Shown here: positions 24,521 to 38,829 of the stretch, piece after piece
How positions within the stretch are numbered: the first letter of the stretch is position 1
Layout: each line of letters starts with the position of its first letter
From: Takakia lepidozioides
Taxonomy: Eukaryota > Plantae > Bryophyta
NCBI GenBank assembly: GCA_030704615.1
Contig: CM060731.1
Coordinates: forward strand, 84,754,001-84,818,000
Direction of reading: 5' to 3'
DNA: 64,000 nt
Position numbers and translations under genes: made by a program
The notes under the pieces: model-generated
Seen by the model: only the letters and a program-made list of their open reading frames with translations
Database searches by the model: none
Told to the model about the DNA's origin: nothing

Positions 24521-27500
24521 ATGGGTTACGTGGGGAAGCATGGAGTGGAGAGTCTGCACAGATATAAATACAGTGGTGTCGATAGGTCTTACATGGCCAA
24601 GTATGTGTTTCAGCCTTTCTGGCGCCGCTGCGTCAACTTCTTTCCTCTATGGATGCCGTATGTCTTTCCGACTCCAACATTTATCTCCCTCTTTACCTCT
24701 GTTTCTTTGGATTGCTTTCTCTCCTTCCGTTTCTCTCCGCAGTAGAGTTTCCAAAATCTTTAACATGTAGCATTCTCGTACGGTTTAAAGAGTTTATCTT
24801 GTTCGAATTCCTCCATGACTTCATGTAGGATTGGAACTTCGAACTCGGAAATGACATTATGTGCCATGAATATAACTTACTATAATTGACTCGCATGTCT
24901 GTGGATTTCGGTTGCGCTATTCGCTGTGGTCCGGCATGACACTTCTTCAGGCCTAACATGGTAAGTCTGAGGTCTGTTATTTTGGCAGGATTCAGATTTT
25001 TTGAGTCCTAATTCTGGAAACCGAAAGCAACTTGAGGATAAGCAGAGGCTGTCCATGTTTCCAAATTAGTGTAAAAAATGGAACGCAATCCACTGCGCAC
25101 TTATCTCCTGAGAGATTACATGAGATTTTCTTTCATATTATTGTGCTCAGGATGGAATGTGAGGTGAAGAGTGTGCATTGACCGAAGTGAGGTCAGTCTC
25201 TACCTTTCAGCAGTCCATACCCGGTGTCTGTAGGCTTAGCTGAGGATTTCGTCAGGGAGTATTTTGTTCAAGAGATTTATGGAGACCCTATCTGATTGAC
25301 TACATGTTGGTTGGCTGGGTGTCCCTGACAGATTACTCTGATGGGTTTTCTTTTTGTAGTGGCGTCGTCGGTGCTAAGCTATGTAAGTTTCTGATGAATA
25401 GGGTTAGCATCCATTTGTGCAATAAGCTTCCATTGCCTAAGCGTGAAACTTCCCTGAGCTTAGTTTCATTCTGTGACATGGGTGAGGACCTTAAGGATGA
25501 TCTGAAGGGCCTAGCTACCCTCGGCACTAGACTGAAACTTAAACTCAGGACGGGGAGCCTACCTTTGACAAATAAGCAGATGCAGAGAGGAAAAGGAGTT
25601 GTAATTGCCGATGTGCGTGCAGCCTGAAGAAAATATTCATTTTCTGATACATTGTCCATGGTATTCTCACCAGATAGTGACCCTTCCCAGGAACATCAAA
25701 AACATTGTGCATGCCCCTGTGTTCACAAACTTTGAAAATTTGAGGCTGAGCTTAAATCCCTGGCCATGTTGAGGTCTATTTGCTGGGCAGCTCACACACA
25801 GCAGATTGATGCTTGTGTGAAGGGCTTTCTAGAGGATATCGGAAAGCCCAAACTGATTGTTTATACCAGGGTAATCTCACTACCGGAGTGAGCCTATCAC
25901 AAAGGTAGTGTCTGTTCCCTTCTCTTCAGCCCAAACTGGGCGCGGGGTCTATTTCCACAAGGTTACGGCAAACAAAGTCTTATGAGTACATTCTCTCTCT
26001 CTCTCAGGATGATACCATTTTTTAGGTGAGGACGAGCTGTAATCTAATGGAAGATGGTTAATAAACTGTCTGGAAGAACTTCAGCTTTTGACCTTTGAAT
26101 AATAGGTCAGAAGGAGACCTTGTGCAATGGACTCATGAGAGCCCAAACTGGGGTGGATTATATCATAGTGGACAAAATTTGTTTCCCCAGAGTGCCAATG
26201 TGTTAATTGACAGACTGATATTGGTACCTTTGGCCACTTCCTGGTTTGGACTGAGATCAAAAGGTGTTTCCCCAACACCAAGAGATCTGTAATTCGGAAG
26301 TGGTGCATAGAAAAATTCCAAAATGAAGAGGTCAAGGCTGAGTATGTGCAGGCCTTGCAAGAGGCTCTCCCTCACTTTGTCCATTTGCTCCAAGATCTTC
26401 AGTCTCGCTCTGGCAATGCAAGAAATGAAGTCGAAAGAGTGGTGGATTCTTGGGAAAGTTTTGTCTCCTCTGTGGCTGACAAGATCATTGGGAGGAAACT
26501 AATAGTCTGCGGTAGAACTGTTAATTGGTGGACCAATGAGATCAAACTCAAGATAGCCGAGAGACGAGTCCTCTATAAAGAGTGCTGCAATTTGAAAGTC
26601 AACAAAGAATTGTGGGCTAGGTACTACTAGATCCACAAAGATATCAATCAGCTTGTAAGGTCTCAGAAGAAATTATTTTGGGACAAGTTATACAGTGAAA
26701 TAAACTCAAATCACCTTGGGGGTAATGACAAGAGATTCTGGTCGGCCCTTTAAACGTCTGTACAAGCCGAAAAATTGTCAGCAAGTACAAGTGCCGAGGA
26801 CTATTAAGGGTGCAGAGGTGATTTCAACGGTTGACATTGTCAAAACTTTTGAAACTTACTCCAGTATCCTTGGCAGAAATTGTAGGTCTAGCAGTGAGGG
26901 GTCTTCTGAAGACAGTTGACAAAACTGTTCCTATGATTCAAGACAGCCCTGATGAACTGGAGTATACTTCAAAGGGTTACAACGCTCCCATCAGTTCTTC
27001 TGAGACTGTGGAAGCAATTGAGCATTCAAACAGATATAAAGCTGGTGGAACTGATGGCATAGTCAACGAGCTTATCAAGCACGGTGGCAACCCTGTGATA
27101 GAGGCCCTTGAAGGACTGAAATGATCCCCTTTCGCTGGCGAGAGCCGGGGAACTATCAAGGCATCACGCTTCTCAATGCAGTTGGCAAGATATTTTCCAG
27201 AGTTATAAGTACTCGTCTCGAGGTTGATCTGGAGTCTAGAGGTTGTTTCCATGAAGGCCAAGCTGGCTTTCGGAGAAACAGGGGCTGTGTGGATCATATC
27301 TTCACTCTAAGCCAGATATCCAGGGAAGGAAAGAGAAGGGAAACCCACTTTTGTCTTTTTCTTGGAAGTCATAAAAGCTTATGACACACCGGAGAGATGG
27401 TCTACGGCTCGGACTCTGGTCATCCGGGATCAAGGGAAAGATGTGGAGAGTGGTCCATAACTTGTATGCTACAACAAAAGTCTGTGTCACTGTTAATGGA

Positions 27501-30500
27501 CAGAAGTCTAACTTCCTTGACATAGACCAAGGTGTAGCTCAAGGATGTACCCTCTCCCCTCTGCTCTTCAATGTTTTCATCAATCAACTACTCGAGGATG
27601 TGGAAAGTGATTTGGGTGGAGGGTGGGTGATGCCACCATACCAGCCCTTATGTTTGCAGATGACTTCGCAGGCATTGGGGAGACTCCAACCAATCTTCAG
27701 GAGTTGATTGATTGCGTGAAGAGATACTTTGACCTTTGGAGGCTAGAGGCTAACGTCAGTAACTGCGCAGTGGTGGCATTCAACGACCAATGGGAGGGAG
27801 GAGGTGATCTCAAGTGGCAGTAGGGAAGCCAAGAGATTCCTGTCCTCCCTTCCTACACATACCTTGGCATTGAGTTTTCCTCCAACTGTAAATGGGATGC
27901 GCTTATTCAAAAAGTTGTTCAATCTGGCAAGCGCAAAGCGTTGGGTCTCACTAAATTTTTCCACTGCAGAGGGATCAACTCTGAAGTAAAAAGAATCATG
28001 CTTTGCCGCGTTATTAGGCCTGCCTTGGAGTACGCATCTGCAGTGTGGGTTGATAGCTCCAGCCAGGCTAAGTCTCTAGAATCCATTCAAGTGGGGGTGC
28101 TCAAGGAGTGCATGTCAGCATGCTCCAAAACAGCTAATGTCGCTGTTCGTGGTGAGTTTGGCATCCCTCCCTTAAGCTCCTGACGAGATGAATTAGCTGC
28201 AACGTATGACTAATATCAGATATCCTAAGTTAATCGACTCTATATCTTGGAAGCAGGATCGCCCTGTCAAACAGGCTAAGTCCTGGCGGAAGAGGGTAGA
28301 AGAGATTTCCAAGGATCTGAATCTAAGTCCGCAAGTCTTGACCCTGCTGGATAAATCAGACTTAGAGACTGTAGTGTCCAAAGCCATGTCTGTTGCCAGG
28401 AAATTGTCTGATGAAATGAAAGTTAGGCAGAAAACTTCCCGGATTGTTTCCAGTCTGTGACATGGGGGAGGCCACCATGATGACCTCAAGGGTTTACCCA
28501 CTCTTGGCACTAGACTGAAATTTAAACTCAGGGCGGGAAGCCTACCTTTGAACAGCAAACAGATGCCGAGAGGAAAGGGGGATTGCTGCAAATGCCCGTT
28601 GTGTGGGCAACCTGGAGACAATATTCACTTTCTGATTCATTGTCCTGGGTACTCTCACCAGAGAGACGCCCTCTTGAAATCCATCAAGGGGATTTGTTCC
28701 TGTACCTCTGTTTACCAACTTTGAAAATCTGGAGGCTGACCCAAAAGCCCAGGCCCTTTTGGGGCCTAGTTATTGGGCACATCACAAGCAGCAGATTGAT
28801 GCTTGTGTAAAGGGATTTCTAGAGGATATCTGGAAAACTCAGATCAATTGTCTGTTCCAAGGTAAGTCATACTACCGGCGTCAGCCCCTGACAAAGGTAG
28901 TTTCTGTCCCTTTGCGTTCCGCTCAAACTGGGTGCGGGGTCAATGGCCACAAGGCTACGGCAAACAACGTCTTATGAGTACATTCTCTCTCTCGTGCAAG
29001 CATTGTGCAAAATTCCACTCTCACAATGCAACAAGCGAGTCTTTCTCTTTCTCCTTTTAACTATCTCCCTTTCCCTTGTTCCAGGTGGATAGGATGTGCA
29101 CAGTTAGCTTTGGACGATCTGAACTTGGGTTAGCAGGGAAAACTTGACAATGGACTAGCTTGTGACTAGGGGTTCTCATGTAGGAAGCTTTAGCACATGT
29201 ACCTCTGTAATCTGCTTCCTTTGTATGGTCAGAAGTCCGTTTCTCACTTTTTGGTATGGCTGTAGATTTATTCACCGCAACTTGACTCTCCAGCACCTGC
29301 GTGGGTATACTTGGTCCATGGCATCCTCCTCTTTCTTTACCAGGTTGGTTCCAACCTACAATACCTGGTGCCCATCTTCTTATCAGAGTTTCTATTGGCC
29401 TTTTTAATGATTGAGAGGCATGGAGACCTGAGATTGGTGCAAATGTACTAATCCTTACGGTACGAAAAGGGGATGGCTGCAGAACTGATGTTTTGTTTGT
29501 ACTGGAGTCAGCTTCATTGTCTAGTTTATTTTCATAAAGTGGTCTCTTTCTTTGAATTGGGCAGACTTTTGATGCAGTGGATGGGAAGCAAGCCAGGCGC
29601 ACCAACTCCTCCAGTCCCTTGGGAGAGCTTTTCGACCATGGTAAATTTTATTTATTTTTCAGAAGGCGCAGAGAACTGTAACTCATATTGAGAAAGACCA
29701 AGGAAAAAATAGCTGGAGTGGAAAACAATACGTTTGTATATTGTTTTCTTGGAGACCAGAGCCAGCACAGGCACCCATTTATGCAAGGGGTGTTTACATT
29801 GCAGTTTTGCAATTTTGTTTGTGTCACTTGAATAAAATAAATTGATAGTTATTAAGTTCCAGACTGAGCATGGGTATACCAGAGCCACTCACATATAGGA
29901 ACCGGGAGGTCCTTTGTTTCAACGTGCAGACAATCGTTTATTCTTTTCTTCTGCACAAATTGTGTGCATTAGATGCTGTGTAGCCTTTAGTCTGGTCTGG
30001 TTTCAATGAGGCCTGGCAAACTTACTTGTAATCATTGGGATTGCTCATGTGTTGGACAGGCTGTGATGCTCTCACTTGTTCGGTAAGTTACTGGTGTTCT
30101 TATGGTTTGGTGCTTTTGGAAAGGGGATGGTCTTTTACTGGGGCCTAGCCTATGGCGTCCCAGATGTGTATCTGATACCCCTATTTATGCTAGATGCTGC
30201 GGAGTTTTGGTCAGCTTGTGTTGAAGTTGCTTGCAAGGGATACGACTGTTGAAAAACTTGCTGGCCTAGGCAAGCTTATGGTTGATCTATTGTCATCCAA
30301 TGCAGATTATCACACAGATGGCTAACTTCATTGAGACTGCAATATGGAAAAGTTTTTGTAAACTTTAGTTCATGATCAGCATACTGTTTCTGTGGAATGC
30401 TGGGGTGTTGTTTATTTGCAGTTTGAGACAATGGCTTTTGCCTCAGCAATGATGAGTGGGAAGAAGTCGTTTTGGTTTTGGGCAATTGCAACCATCCCCT

Positions 30501-33500
30501 TTTATGGAGCCACTTGGGAGAGGTATGTCTTGTTGTTGTTTCCATGGAAAAGTGTTATAACTTTTATGGACTATGACATCTCTCGAGTCTAACTTTGCTC
30601 CAGAAGTTCACCATCACAGGATGTTGGCACATCAACCATCTGCATTCTGCCAACATTGTTGGTGTCATCATATGATACAAATGGGAGTATTAGAAGCGTT
30701 ATGTGAAAGAACGCTGAATTGAGCATTCTACATGCTTGGGACGGGAATTGGAATTCTCAAATGGATTTAGTGCTGTCTGGTTTTCTTTTCCAGTTTCTTT
30801 ACAGATACGCTTATTCTTCCAGAGGTGAATGGTCCCACTGAAGGCTTAATGCTCATCTACCTGGCCCATTTCTTCACGTCAGTTGTTGGTATTGCTGCTC
30901 TTCCACCTCTTCTTTGACAGTGTTTTTAATCTTGACTGAAAGGACAGTGAGAGGAAGGAGGTTTTTGTAGTTCTTACAATAGCATCCTTTCCAGATTCCA
31001 GGTTAGTTCGAATATTATGACTTGCAAGATTGAAGTACTTCTTGACTGTCCACAGGTCCGACATGGTGGACGGTTAGTTGCCGCAAAGCATTTCCGGGTT
31101 TACTTGGTCACCTGGCCTTCATTCCAGGTATAGAGTGTTTGTACAGAGCTTAGGTTAGTTGAGTAGACATCGTGGGCATGCATGCTTTGACATCCGAGAG
31201 AGGTGGTTTCAGCACAAGGGTGTTATAATCAATTTCTTCGGTCTCGGGGTGGAACCAGATATACCAGTCCATGTGTTTGTGATTTACATGATGCTGCTGG
31301 CCGCTGTCTTGCCAACTGTCTCCTACAAGTAAGCTTTTCCCTTTTGTTCTTTCTTTCCTCTCATGCTCTAAATTGTTGTGGGCATTTAATTCGAATCCTA
31401 CCATTTTGGGTGGAAACTAGAGGGTATCGTAGACTTAGGGTGGCTGGCCATATATATTTATGTCTGCCTTGCTGCTGTGTAAGATTTGGATAGAATACCT
31501 ACCAATTGTAGTCTCCATGATTTGCATGCAACAAATTCGACGGGGAGTACGTCAAGCTAAAGAGAAGCTGATGGTTGCCCAAAATCGCCAAAAGGCTCTA
31601 AGAGGAAAGGCCTTTGACAATCTTAGGGAAGTCCCTAGTTGATCTCTAATGGATGTTCTTGTCTCCGTCTTGTGTCAACAGAGAGGCATTTACATCACAT
31701 TTGATGTTTGATGTAAATGTACCTGTCTGCATCTAGATTATTATGTACGTCCTTCAAAGCATTAACCTTTGATTCCCCTTTTGTGTTCATATTTGTTATG
31801 TGGGATGTAGCATTTACAATGTCTACAAAGTGGTGAAGGCAAGGGGAGCTAGCATGTTTTTAGCCTTGGCCATGGTAAGTCGTGTGCATCCTCTCCTTTG
31901 CAGTTATCCAACAGTCATTCATATGCAAAACATTTAATAAATTATGTACAGTAGTTGATGATGTGAAACTCAGCTATTCGCTCTCTGCTTGCTTTATTAG
32001 CAATCTTAGAGTTAGCCATATTCTGTCGATACTTCAGGATGATAGAAGATCGTTCCCTTTACCGAAATGACGTGCTTTGAGGAAAAATGAGTGCAGTTGA
32101 GTCACATGTGCTTATCAGTTGACTAAGATAATGAATTGGCATGAGCTGGAGTCGTGGCATTTATTCACCTTGCCAGATGCTGACTGAAGAATCTTAAGAG
32201 TGTAGCTTCACTCATAAAATGGGGACATGATGGAAGTCCAGGGAAACTGGATGATGGTTCTAAATGCAGAGGTCTTTGCTCGAAGTTGTCCCAATACATT
32301 TGAATTGTCTATTTGTGGTGAAATTCTAGCAATCTTTATCACAGATGCGTATTTAATTTATATATCTTTGAAGTCTACCATTCAAGTGAATTGTAGCTAG
32401 TGGCTTTAGGGTACTGATAGTACTAGGGAGGTCTGATCATACCTGTTGTGGGCTGCAGCTCCTGCCTTTTCTGGCTCTCCTATGGGGAGTCGCCATATGG
32501 TACTCCTATCTCTACTCTCCAGTATCTTGTCAGCATCAAGATCATTATTGGTTTGATTGGAATAACATGAACTCTGGAAAGAGTTCAAGAGTAGGTCTCC
32601 ATATGCCTTGCAAGTCGTTACCATTGGGGAGTTGTACCCTCTGGTGCTCATCATTTCTCCTTTCCCAGTTCTGCTGGGTGAAAGGGTGGAAGGATCCGTG
32701 TTTCTGTTTTGGGCAGCATTTGTATCCATGGTATCTCAGTCCACTTTCAGTGGGTCTGGGAAACTGAAAGATACTGAATCGATGGTATGTATACTGTATC
32801 CATGGTATCTTTCAGTGGAGCACATTTGCGAAAGAATTTTGTACAACCGGAAGCCTTTGCCTTGAACATTCTCATCAAAGTGATCTCAATGCACCAGCTT
32901 GGTTTTAATGTCCATGTGGATCATTGGGAGCTTAAGGAAGGCAAGCCAAACTCACCCCGAACAGCCACATTGGCTGTTTTGGAGCATGCTGACAATACAG
33001 TGACTTGAGCTAAGTTGACAAAATAGGTGGCATTGTCTGAAAGTAGATCCGTGGATGGAGTGTGTCAGGGGGATGGTATCACCGTCAGACGTGCTTCGCA
33101 CACAGCCGCATCTGGTCATCCTGGGCACTGGCTTTGCCTTCGGCTTTCTTGTGGTATGCCTGTCCCAGTCTTCTACATGTTATGTTCTTGAATTGTGGAA
33201 ATTTTTGACGAATTATTCAGATTCAGTTTTCTGAAAGACTCAATGGGAAATTGCAAAAAGGGGAAGTTTCAAGAGGAAAGGAATAAAACTTCATTTAGTG
33301 ACATGTAAAAGTAGTTAAGGACTAGAAATGAGCTCATTCCAGGATTGCTATGGACTTCAGGTTAACTTTTTCTCCAATTAAGTTCCAAGTAGCCTAAGGG
33401 CCCCGAGAATGAGGGCTGACCAGAGCTGATCCAAGCATATGGTATGCGAACCAGACATGGACGGTCTTGATGTCCTAGTCAACAACTTACCCTCATATTT

Positions 33501-35906
33501 GGTTTCTATCCACTTTTGAGTCTTGTTCACTTCATCTAATTCACTTGGAATTGAGTATCTTTAATTCTAGTTTGGAAATCACCCTTGATAGGTAATTCAA
33601 TATGTTGACTCTTCAGGGGGGTTCTGATGTACAGGGGAGATTGATATTGGCGCACTTGTGTGATGAACCCAAGGGCTTGAAGACTGGGATGTGCATAGTA
33701 CTCCTCTCAACCTTCGTTGGTTCCACAAAGTTTTCCTTCTTTCTGGTGGATTAAAATTTGTCAAATTTCAAGTCTGCCAAAGGAAACACTGCAATTACAC
33801 TGCATTGTCTTGTTAAGGTAACTTAACAGAACAGTCTAACAGCCCAGAGTTTTTTAGTGGAGGGTGGGTACAATTTTCAGGAACCCATATGGAATACAAT
33901 TAGAGTTGTCAAATCATAAAGTACTGGTTTCATCCCTGCAAGTGGCATGGTGGATTTGATGTGGGAAGTTTTCAGTTGAATGTATGTTTCTTAAATTGGG
34001 GTTTCCTATCTCCTTCTAAATGAATTTAGGGTTTGTATGCATCTCCTGTTCCAACATGGGTGCCTCTCCAACCATCAGCGAATGACTTCAGCATTGATAA
34101 CCCGAGATATTAGACTTTTGAGTGTCCTGTTTACTCATCTGCTATGACCCCTAAATGCTCACTGCCCTCTTCCGTATCCTAGCTCCCAAAAGATGAAGAA
34201 TCTGATGTGCCTCATGCTGGACCTGGCATGAAGGTAAATGTAGCCCTTTGCTGCCTCTTTCCATCCATACTGTTGAATTTACCGTTGGCATGGTAAATCT
34301 GGAAGTACTCTCAACTTCTGAAATTTAGTTTGTACAAAGATAAAGAGGAAAAGTAGCTCCTGTTCTGCAATTATAGGTAATCCAAAGTTCTTCAGTAAAT
34401 TAAATTTTCAGAAGGAAAATTTGCTTTTCTAAACTTAGTCCACACCCTAGTTCTTGCTACTCAGAATATGTAGCTGTCATTATGAAAACTGTCTGGAAGA
34501 AGAAGTAGGTTATTCCAACAGAAGTGTAATCAGAGTGGGCAAGAGTCTACCTGCCTATATTGGACTGCGTGGACTCTTAAGGATTACCAAAATTATGTGA
34601 GATGGTTCTTTATTGGGGGCTAATGATGCTTTTGTCTTGGGCAGTCGTTGCTGTTTTTACCACTTGCCATTGCCAACGCGTTGTCGGCCAGGCTCTTGGG
34701 CGGGTGGGTGCTCCTTTTCACCCATTGCTGACTTTTAAGCAACACACTTGTGATTGATTCAAGCACTGTACAGCTTGGGTGCTTGATCTCGATTGGATGT
34801 TTCCCTGAAGTTTAGCTATAAATTTGCTACATGATGGACACATTGCATTCAGTACTAAGTTGTAAGTTGATCCTCATGGTCGATGCCGGGGACGGTGTGG
34901 GAGACATCTTCTGTCTTCTCAATGGTACTGCAGAGTACATGTGACTGTCAATCAACTTGTGAAGTGGTCATGTTGTTGGGATTTGGTGCAGAAATCCACT
35001 CATTGATGAGATATGGATACTACTGGGCTACAGTGCTTTCACTTGTATGCCACTTTCTCTTTGCTTTCATTGTCCTTAATTCCTGTCTGCAACCTGCATT
35101 TTTTATTTTTGCAGCAGATCTGTTGAGTTGGCAGACATGAAAAAACATGGAGCATGTTTCCTGCTCTTTTCTCTGATCCCCACCCTATCCCTGTACATTC
35201 TGTCAACACATTGTTGGACAGCATATTAATTGTCTGTACCTCCTTTAATCATACATGCTATCTTCCAAACAGTCTAGAATGTGAATTATAGAATGTGGAT
35301 TGGGTTTTGCTGTGATCTAATCTTGTCTCAGCTGTTGGTGAGGCCTCAAACTTGGGTGTGTCCTAGAGCAAATTGTAAGTGCATATGTTTGATTGGCTTG
35401 CAGTTGCATGTTATTCGCATTTCGCATATGGGGTGATCCACGAGATTACGAATGCTCTTGGCATCTATTGTTTCAGGTACTCCTCAGTCCAGCTTCATCT
35501 TTAACTATATTGAAAATTTTCCCTGCACATCCAAAATTCAAAGAATATGAAGCTCACAAGATAGATTCTTACAAACTATCCAAGACTTGGTATCCTTGCC
35601 ATGTTCCATCCAAAAAATGATGGGTTTCAAATCTCTCACCTTGTTCCTTCCCTTTCCTTCCTAGTTCTTGTGATTACCTTGTGTAGGTCTGGGAATGGCT
35701 TTTTGCCTTTAAATGTCAAGCAGATTTACTCAGAGCCTTCTAAGTTGGGGTTGCTGTAGGTCATTGTGTCGGCCATTAAAGAGATCGTTTTGAGGTTTTG
35801 TGTGAAGTTCTTGTGACAGATCAATTATGCTTGGTTAGTCTGTAATATTAGCACACTTGTATTTTGTTGCAGAATTGGCAAAGTGAAAGAAGGAAAGGGG
35901 GCTTGA
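24521..35906 (+). CDS. AAPT1: Choline/ethanolaminephosphotransferase (aminoalcoholphosphotransferase), 18 exons, ~394 aa
   Basis: Exons 24521-24657, 24951-24960, 25332-25382, 29266-29343, 29565-29640, 30060-30082, 30422-30522, 30794-30888, 31056-31127, 31259-31328, 31811-31874, 32459-32499, 33069-33153, 33635-33697, 34645-34703, 34992-35044, 35404-35476, 35873-35906 splice in frame. [21 protein letters not shown]; CDP-alcohol motif [26 protein letters not shown]; [12 protein letters not shown]. Confidence 0.95.
25420..26005 (+). mobile_element. Short 3' fragment of a LINE with (TC)n tail, in AAPT intron 3
   Basis: Homologous to ~28420-28993 ([16 protein letters not shown]); ends tatgagtacattctctctctctctc. 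Confidence 0.8.
26006..28993 (+). mobile_element. 5'-truncated non-L1 LINE (RTE/RTEX/L2-like): endonuclease tail, RT, C-terminal Zn motif, (TC)n tail
   Basis: [92 protein letters not shown]; many disruptions. Confidence 0.92.
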
Positions 35907-37639
35907 GGAGCATACACTGACACAGCGGTGAAAGAGGGGTCTTCTTTGTTGAAGAAACTGTGGTCTTGTGATACTGCAGCATCATGTCACAAAATGTGTC
36001 AGTTCTGAATGCCAATGACTACATGTAACCGTGTTATGCCCTCTCTTGGCTTGCTACAGCTGTTTCTGTTTGTCTCAAACAGCCTTTGGCCACTTTCTTT
36101 AGGGAAAAAACTCAGAAGTCATTCTTCATAAAGACATTTTGATGTTTCTTGCACTGGCAATGATATGGGATGGGCAGAGGGGGTGTCATGTATCATGGCA
36201 TGGTAGTTGTGGAGCCAAATTGTTATTAAGGTTTGGCGGTTTGGCATTCGTCATGCGTGACCAGACTGGCATGGTTGACAACTGAGGTTATACAATTTTC
36301 CTAAGTATTAAATCCATTTGGTTGTAGTGAACCTGCCCTAATTGTGTTTGTTTTTGTTTTTTTCTCCCCAACAAAAACAATTAGGGCGAGACATTGGACG
36401 TGTTGCCCTACTATGCCATCAAATCCTGGTAGTCATGACATATTGGTGGCATGGATGAAGTTTCGACAGCTCCCATCGCTCCCATCACCTCTTATTCTTC
36501 TCCCTCTTCTTCCTAACACTTAGGGTGATTGTCTGTTTATTTATTTATTTTGTGAATCCCCTTTTGCTCTTCATTTTCCTTGTGCTTCCTCTATTATTCT
36601 TCAGCTCGAGGCTGTCGTTTTCATTTCAATATGGCCCCTTGTTGCCCTCCTACTCCTGGAATGAGACTTTTTTTGCATGTTAACATAAAAGATGAGAGTA
36701 TACCATTCTGGTATACCCCAGATGAGTGGTATGAAATGGTAGTTGAGGTGGCGGTGGATTTGAGGGCTACTGGGAAGGGTAAGGGGAGTCAGAGGGATCC
36801 TTACAATTGCAAATATTGTGGTGTTCTGAATAAGGATGAGAGTCGGTTGAGGAGAAAGCTGTCGTTCTGAGGGTGCGAGGTCCCAATGCTGTGTTGCGAT
36901 CCATTCTTACGAACCAAATGCCACAGAAAACACATGAGTGCGTGAAGAGGGTGACTCGCCAAGTAATCGCAGAATCATCTCGGCGCCCTAAGAGAAAAGA
37001 TGAGGGTTCCAGAAAAATAACAACCCAACAAGAATATTTCAAGGGGACTAGGCGATTGTGCACACTCCCATGATGGTCCCCATCTCCAAATGAAGTAGGA
37101 GTGGGCACAGGTAAGGCAGTCTTGGGGGCAGGAGGAGGGTCAGCCTGTGCCGAGTCCACTCCACTGCCACCAACCGACACAGATGGGTATGACCCTAGAA
37201 CGTCAGTGTATGGGTATATGATTTACTGAAAATTTCGATGAATCTTTGCTATCTATTCATTTTTTCCTTAAAATCTAAATCCAAATAATTTGTTAGAATT
37301 GATGTAGCCCACCTTCAAGACCGATAGATGGGGGCAGCACACAGAAGAGGGAGGAGAACAGCAATATGGGGATCAACAGACATGGTAAGGAACCCACCTT
37401 GAAAGGTGTGAAATGGGGGAGCAGCAGACACAGAAGGGAGCCCTGCTTCAAGGGTGACACTTGGGGGAGCAGCATAGACAGGAAGGAGGGGATTAGCAGA
37501 GGGCGAAGAAACGACGGAAACTTGCATGGCAGCAGGTGCAGCAGTCAGCACATGAAAATGGGACCTTTGAGGGTGGAAGGGAGGGGAGTAGGACGAAGTG
37601 GAGGCAGAGCCAATACATCTTTCCCTGCCAAACCGGGAC

Positions 37640-37965
37640 CCTGGTTGTCGCGGCCCTTTGCCTGGGGGTCGGGACACAAGAGGGGCTGCTCCTATGGTGG
37701 GGCCAGCAGCATTAGTAGGAATGGGGGCTGAAGCACCCTTGAGTGCCGAAGGCACTCAATTAAGAGAGTGGAGGCGCTCACTAGGGGAGCCCCACAAGCC
37801 GGGTTGCGGTGGGGGCTCCACGTGGGGTGGTCGTAGTGGGAGTGACAATATAGGACTCACCGTGGGGCTGAGGCCTTGTGGTGGGAATCGTGGGGAGTCT
37901 TGGGGCTCACCACAGTCCATTGGGGCCGTGGTGGGTGGGCCAAGACTTTGGGGCAGCCACGTGCA
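37640..37965 (+). mobile_element. Diverged LTR fragment of the family at 57237-58072, in the opposite orientation
   Basis: gggggtcgggacacaagaggggctgc, gaagcacccttgagtgcc.aaggcactcaa and ggaggcgctcact are reverse complements of segments in ~57640-57950. Confidence 0.8.
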
Positions 37966-37989
37966 GCCTTGCCTACATTCATGAGTTCC

Positions 37990-38700
37990 CTTGTCTTATG
38001 CATTTGTGCAACTATTTGAAGGAATGCAAAAGAACGGCTTGAAGCCAAGCAATATCACCTTTATATGTGTTCTCTCTGCATGCAGCCACGCTGGCCTACT
38101 GAATGAAGGAAGACGCTACTTTGATTCCCTGATTCAAGATCATGGTGTCAACTCCGACAGTAAAACACTTTGGCATGGTGGACCTTCTTGGACGTGCAAG
38201 ACAACTGGATGAGGCAGTAGACCTAATTAATAAAATGCCTATAAATCCAGGTGTTGTGTGTGGAAGGCCTTGCTTGGTGCCTGCAAAATCCATGGCAATG
38301 TGGAGATGGCTGAACGTGCAACAACATCTATCCTCATGTGGGCTGAACAGGATGCCGCAACTTATATGTTGCTCTCAAACATCTATGCTGCAGCTGGCAG
38401 GTGGGATGATACTGCAAAGGTGAGAAGAATGATGAAGGTCAAAGGGGTTAGAAATGAGCCAAGTCGCTGCTGCATTGAGGTTGACAACAGGGTGCACACC
38501 TTTGTTGTAGATGACAAGTTGCATCCCATAATTAAGGAAATCCATGTTGAGTTGAGAAGATTGTTTGGGAAGATGAAGGAGGCGGGGTATGTGCCTGACA
38601 TACGCTTTGTATTGCATGATGTGGGGGAGGAGGAAAAGGAATTTTCTCTTTGCCACCACAGTGAGAAGTTGGCCATTGGTTTTGGCATATCCACGGGAAA
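37990..38700 (+). pseudogene. PPR E/E+/DYW-type editing-factor pseudogene (C-terminal part; DYW truncated)
   Basis: ITFICVLSACSHAGLLNEG, MVDLLGRARQLDEA, WKALLGACKIHGNVEMAE, YMLLSNIYAAAGRW, AGYVPD..HSEKLAIGFG; two frameshifts; no CxxC or DYW end. Confidence 0.93.
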
Positions 38701-38829
38701 TGATAGTGGGGTCTACCCAGCATAGGTGGGAAGTCAGCCCATAATTGCACTTGACTGAAGGGATGATATTGGACTGACTTTGGTGATAGTAGATGGAATC
38801 AGAGTGTTGTCCTAATTATGGGTTTGGGT

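Noticed and set aside
37991-38725. Functional DYW editing factor
   Set aside because: Frameshifts, no upstream PLS array, and no CxxC/DYW terminus.
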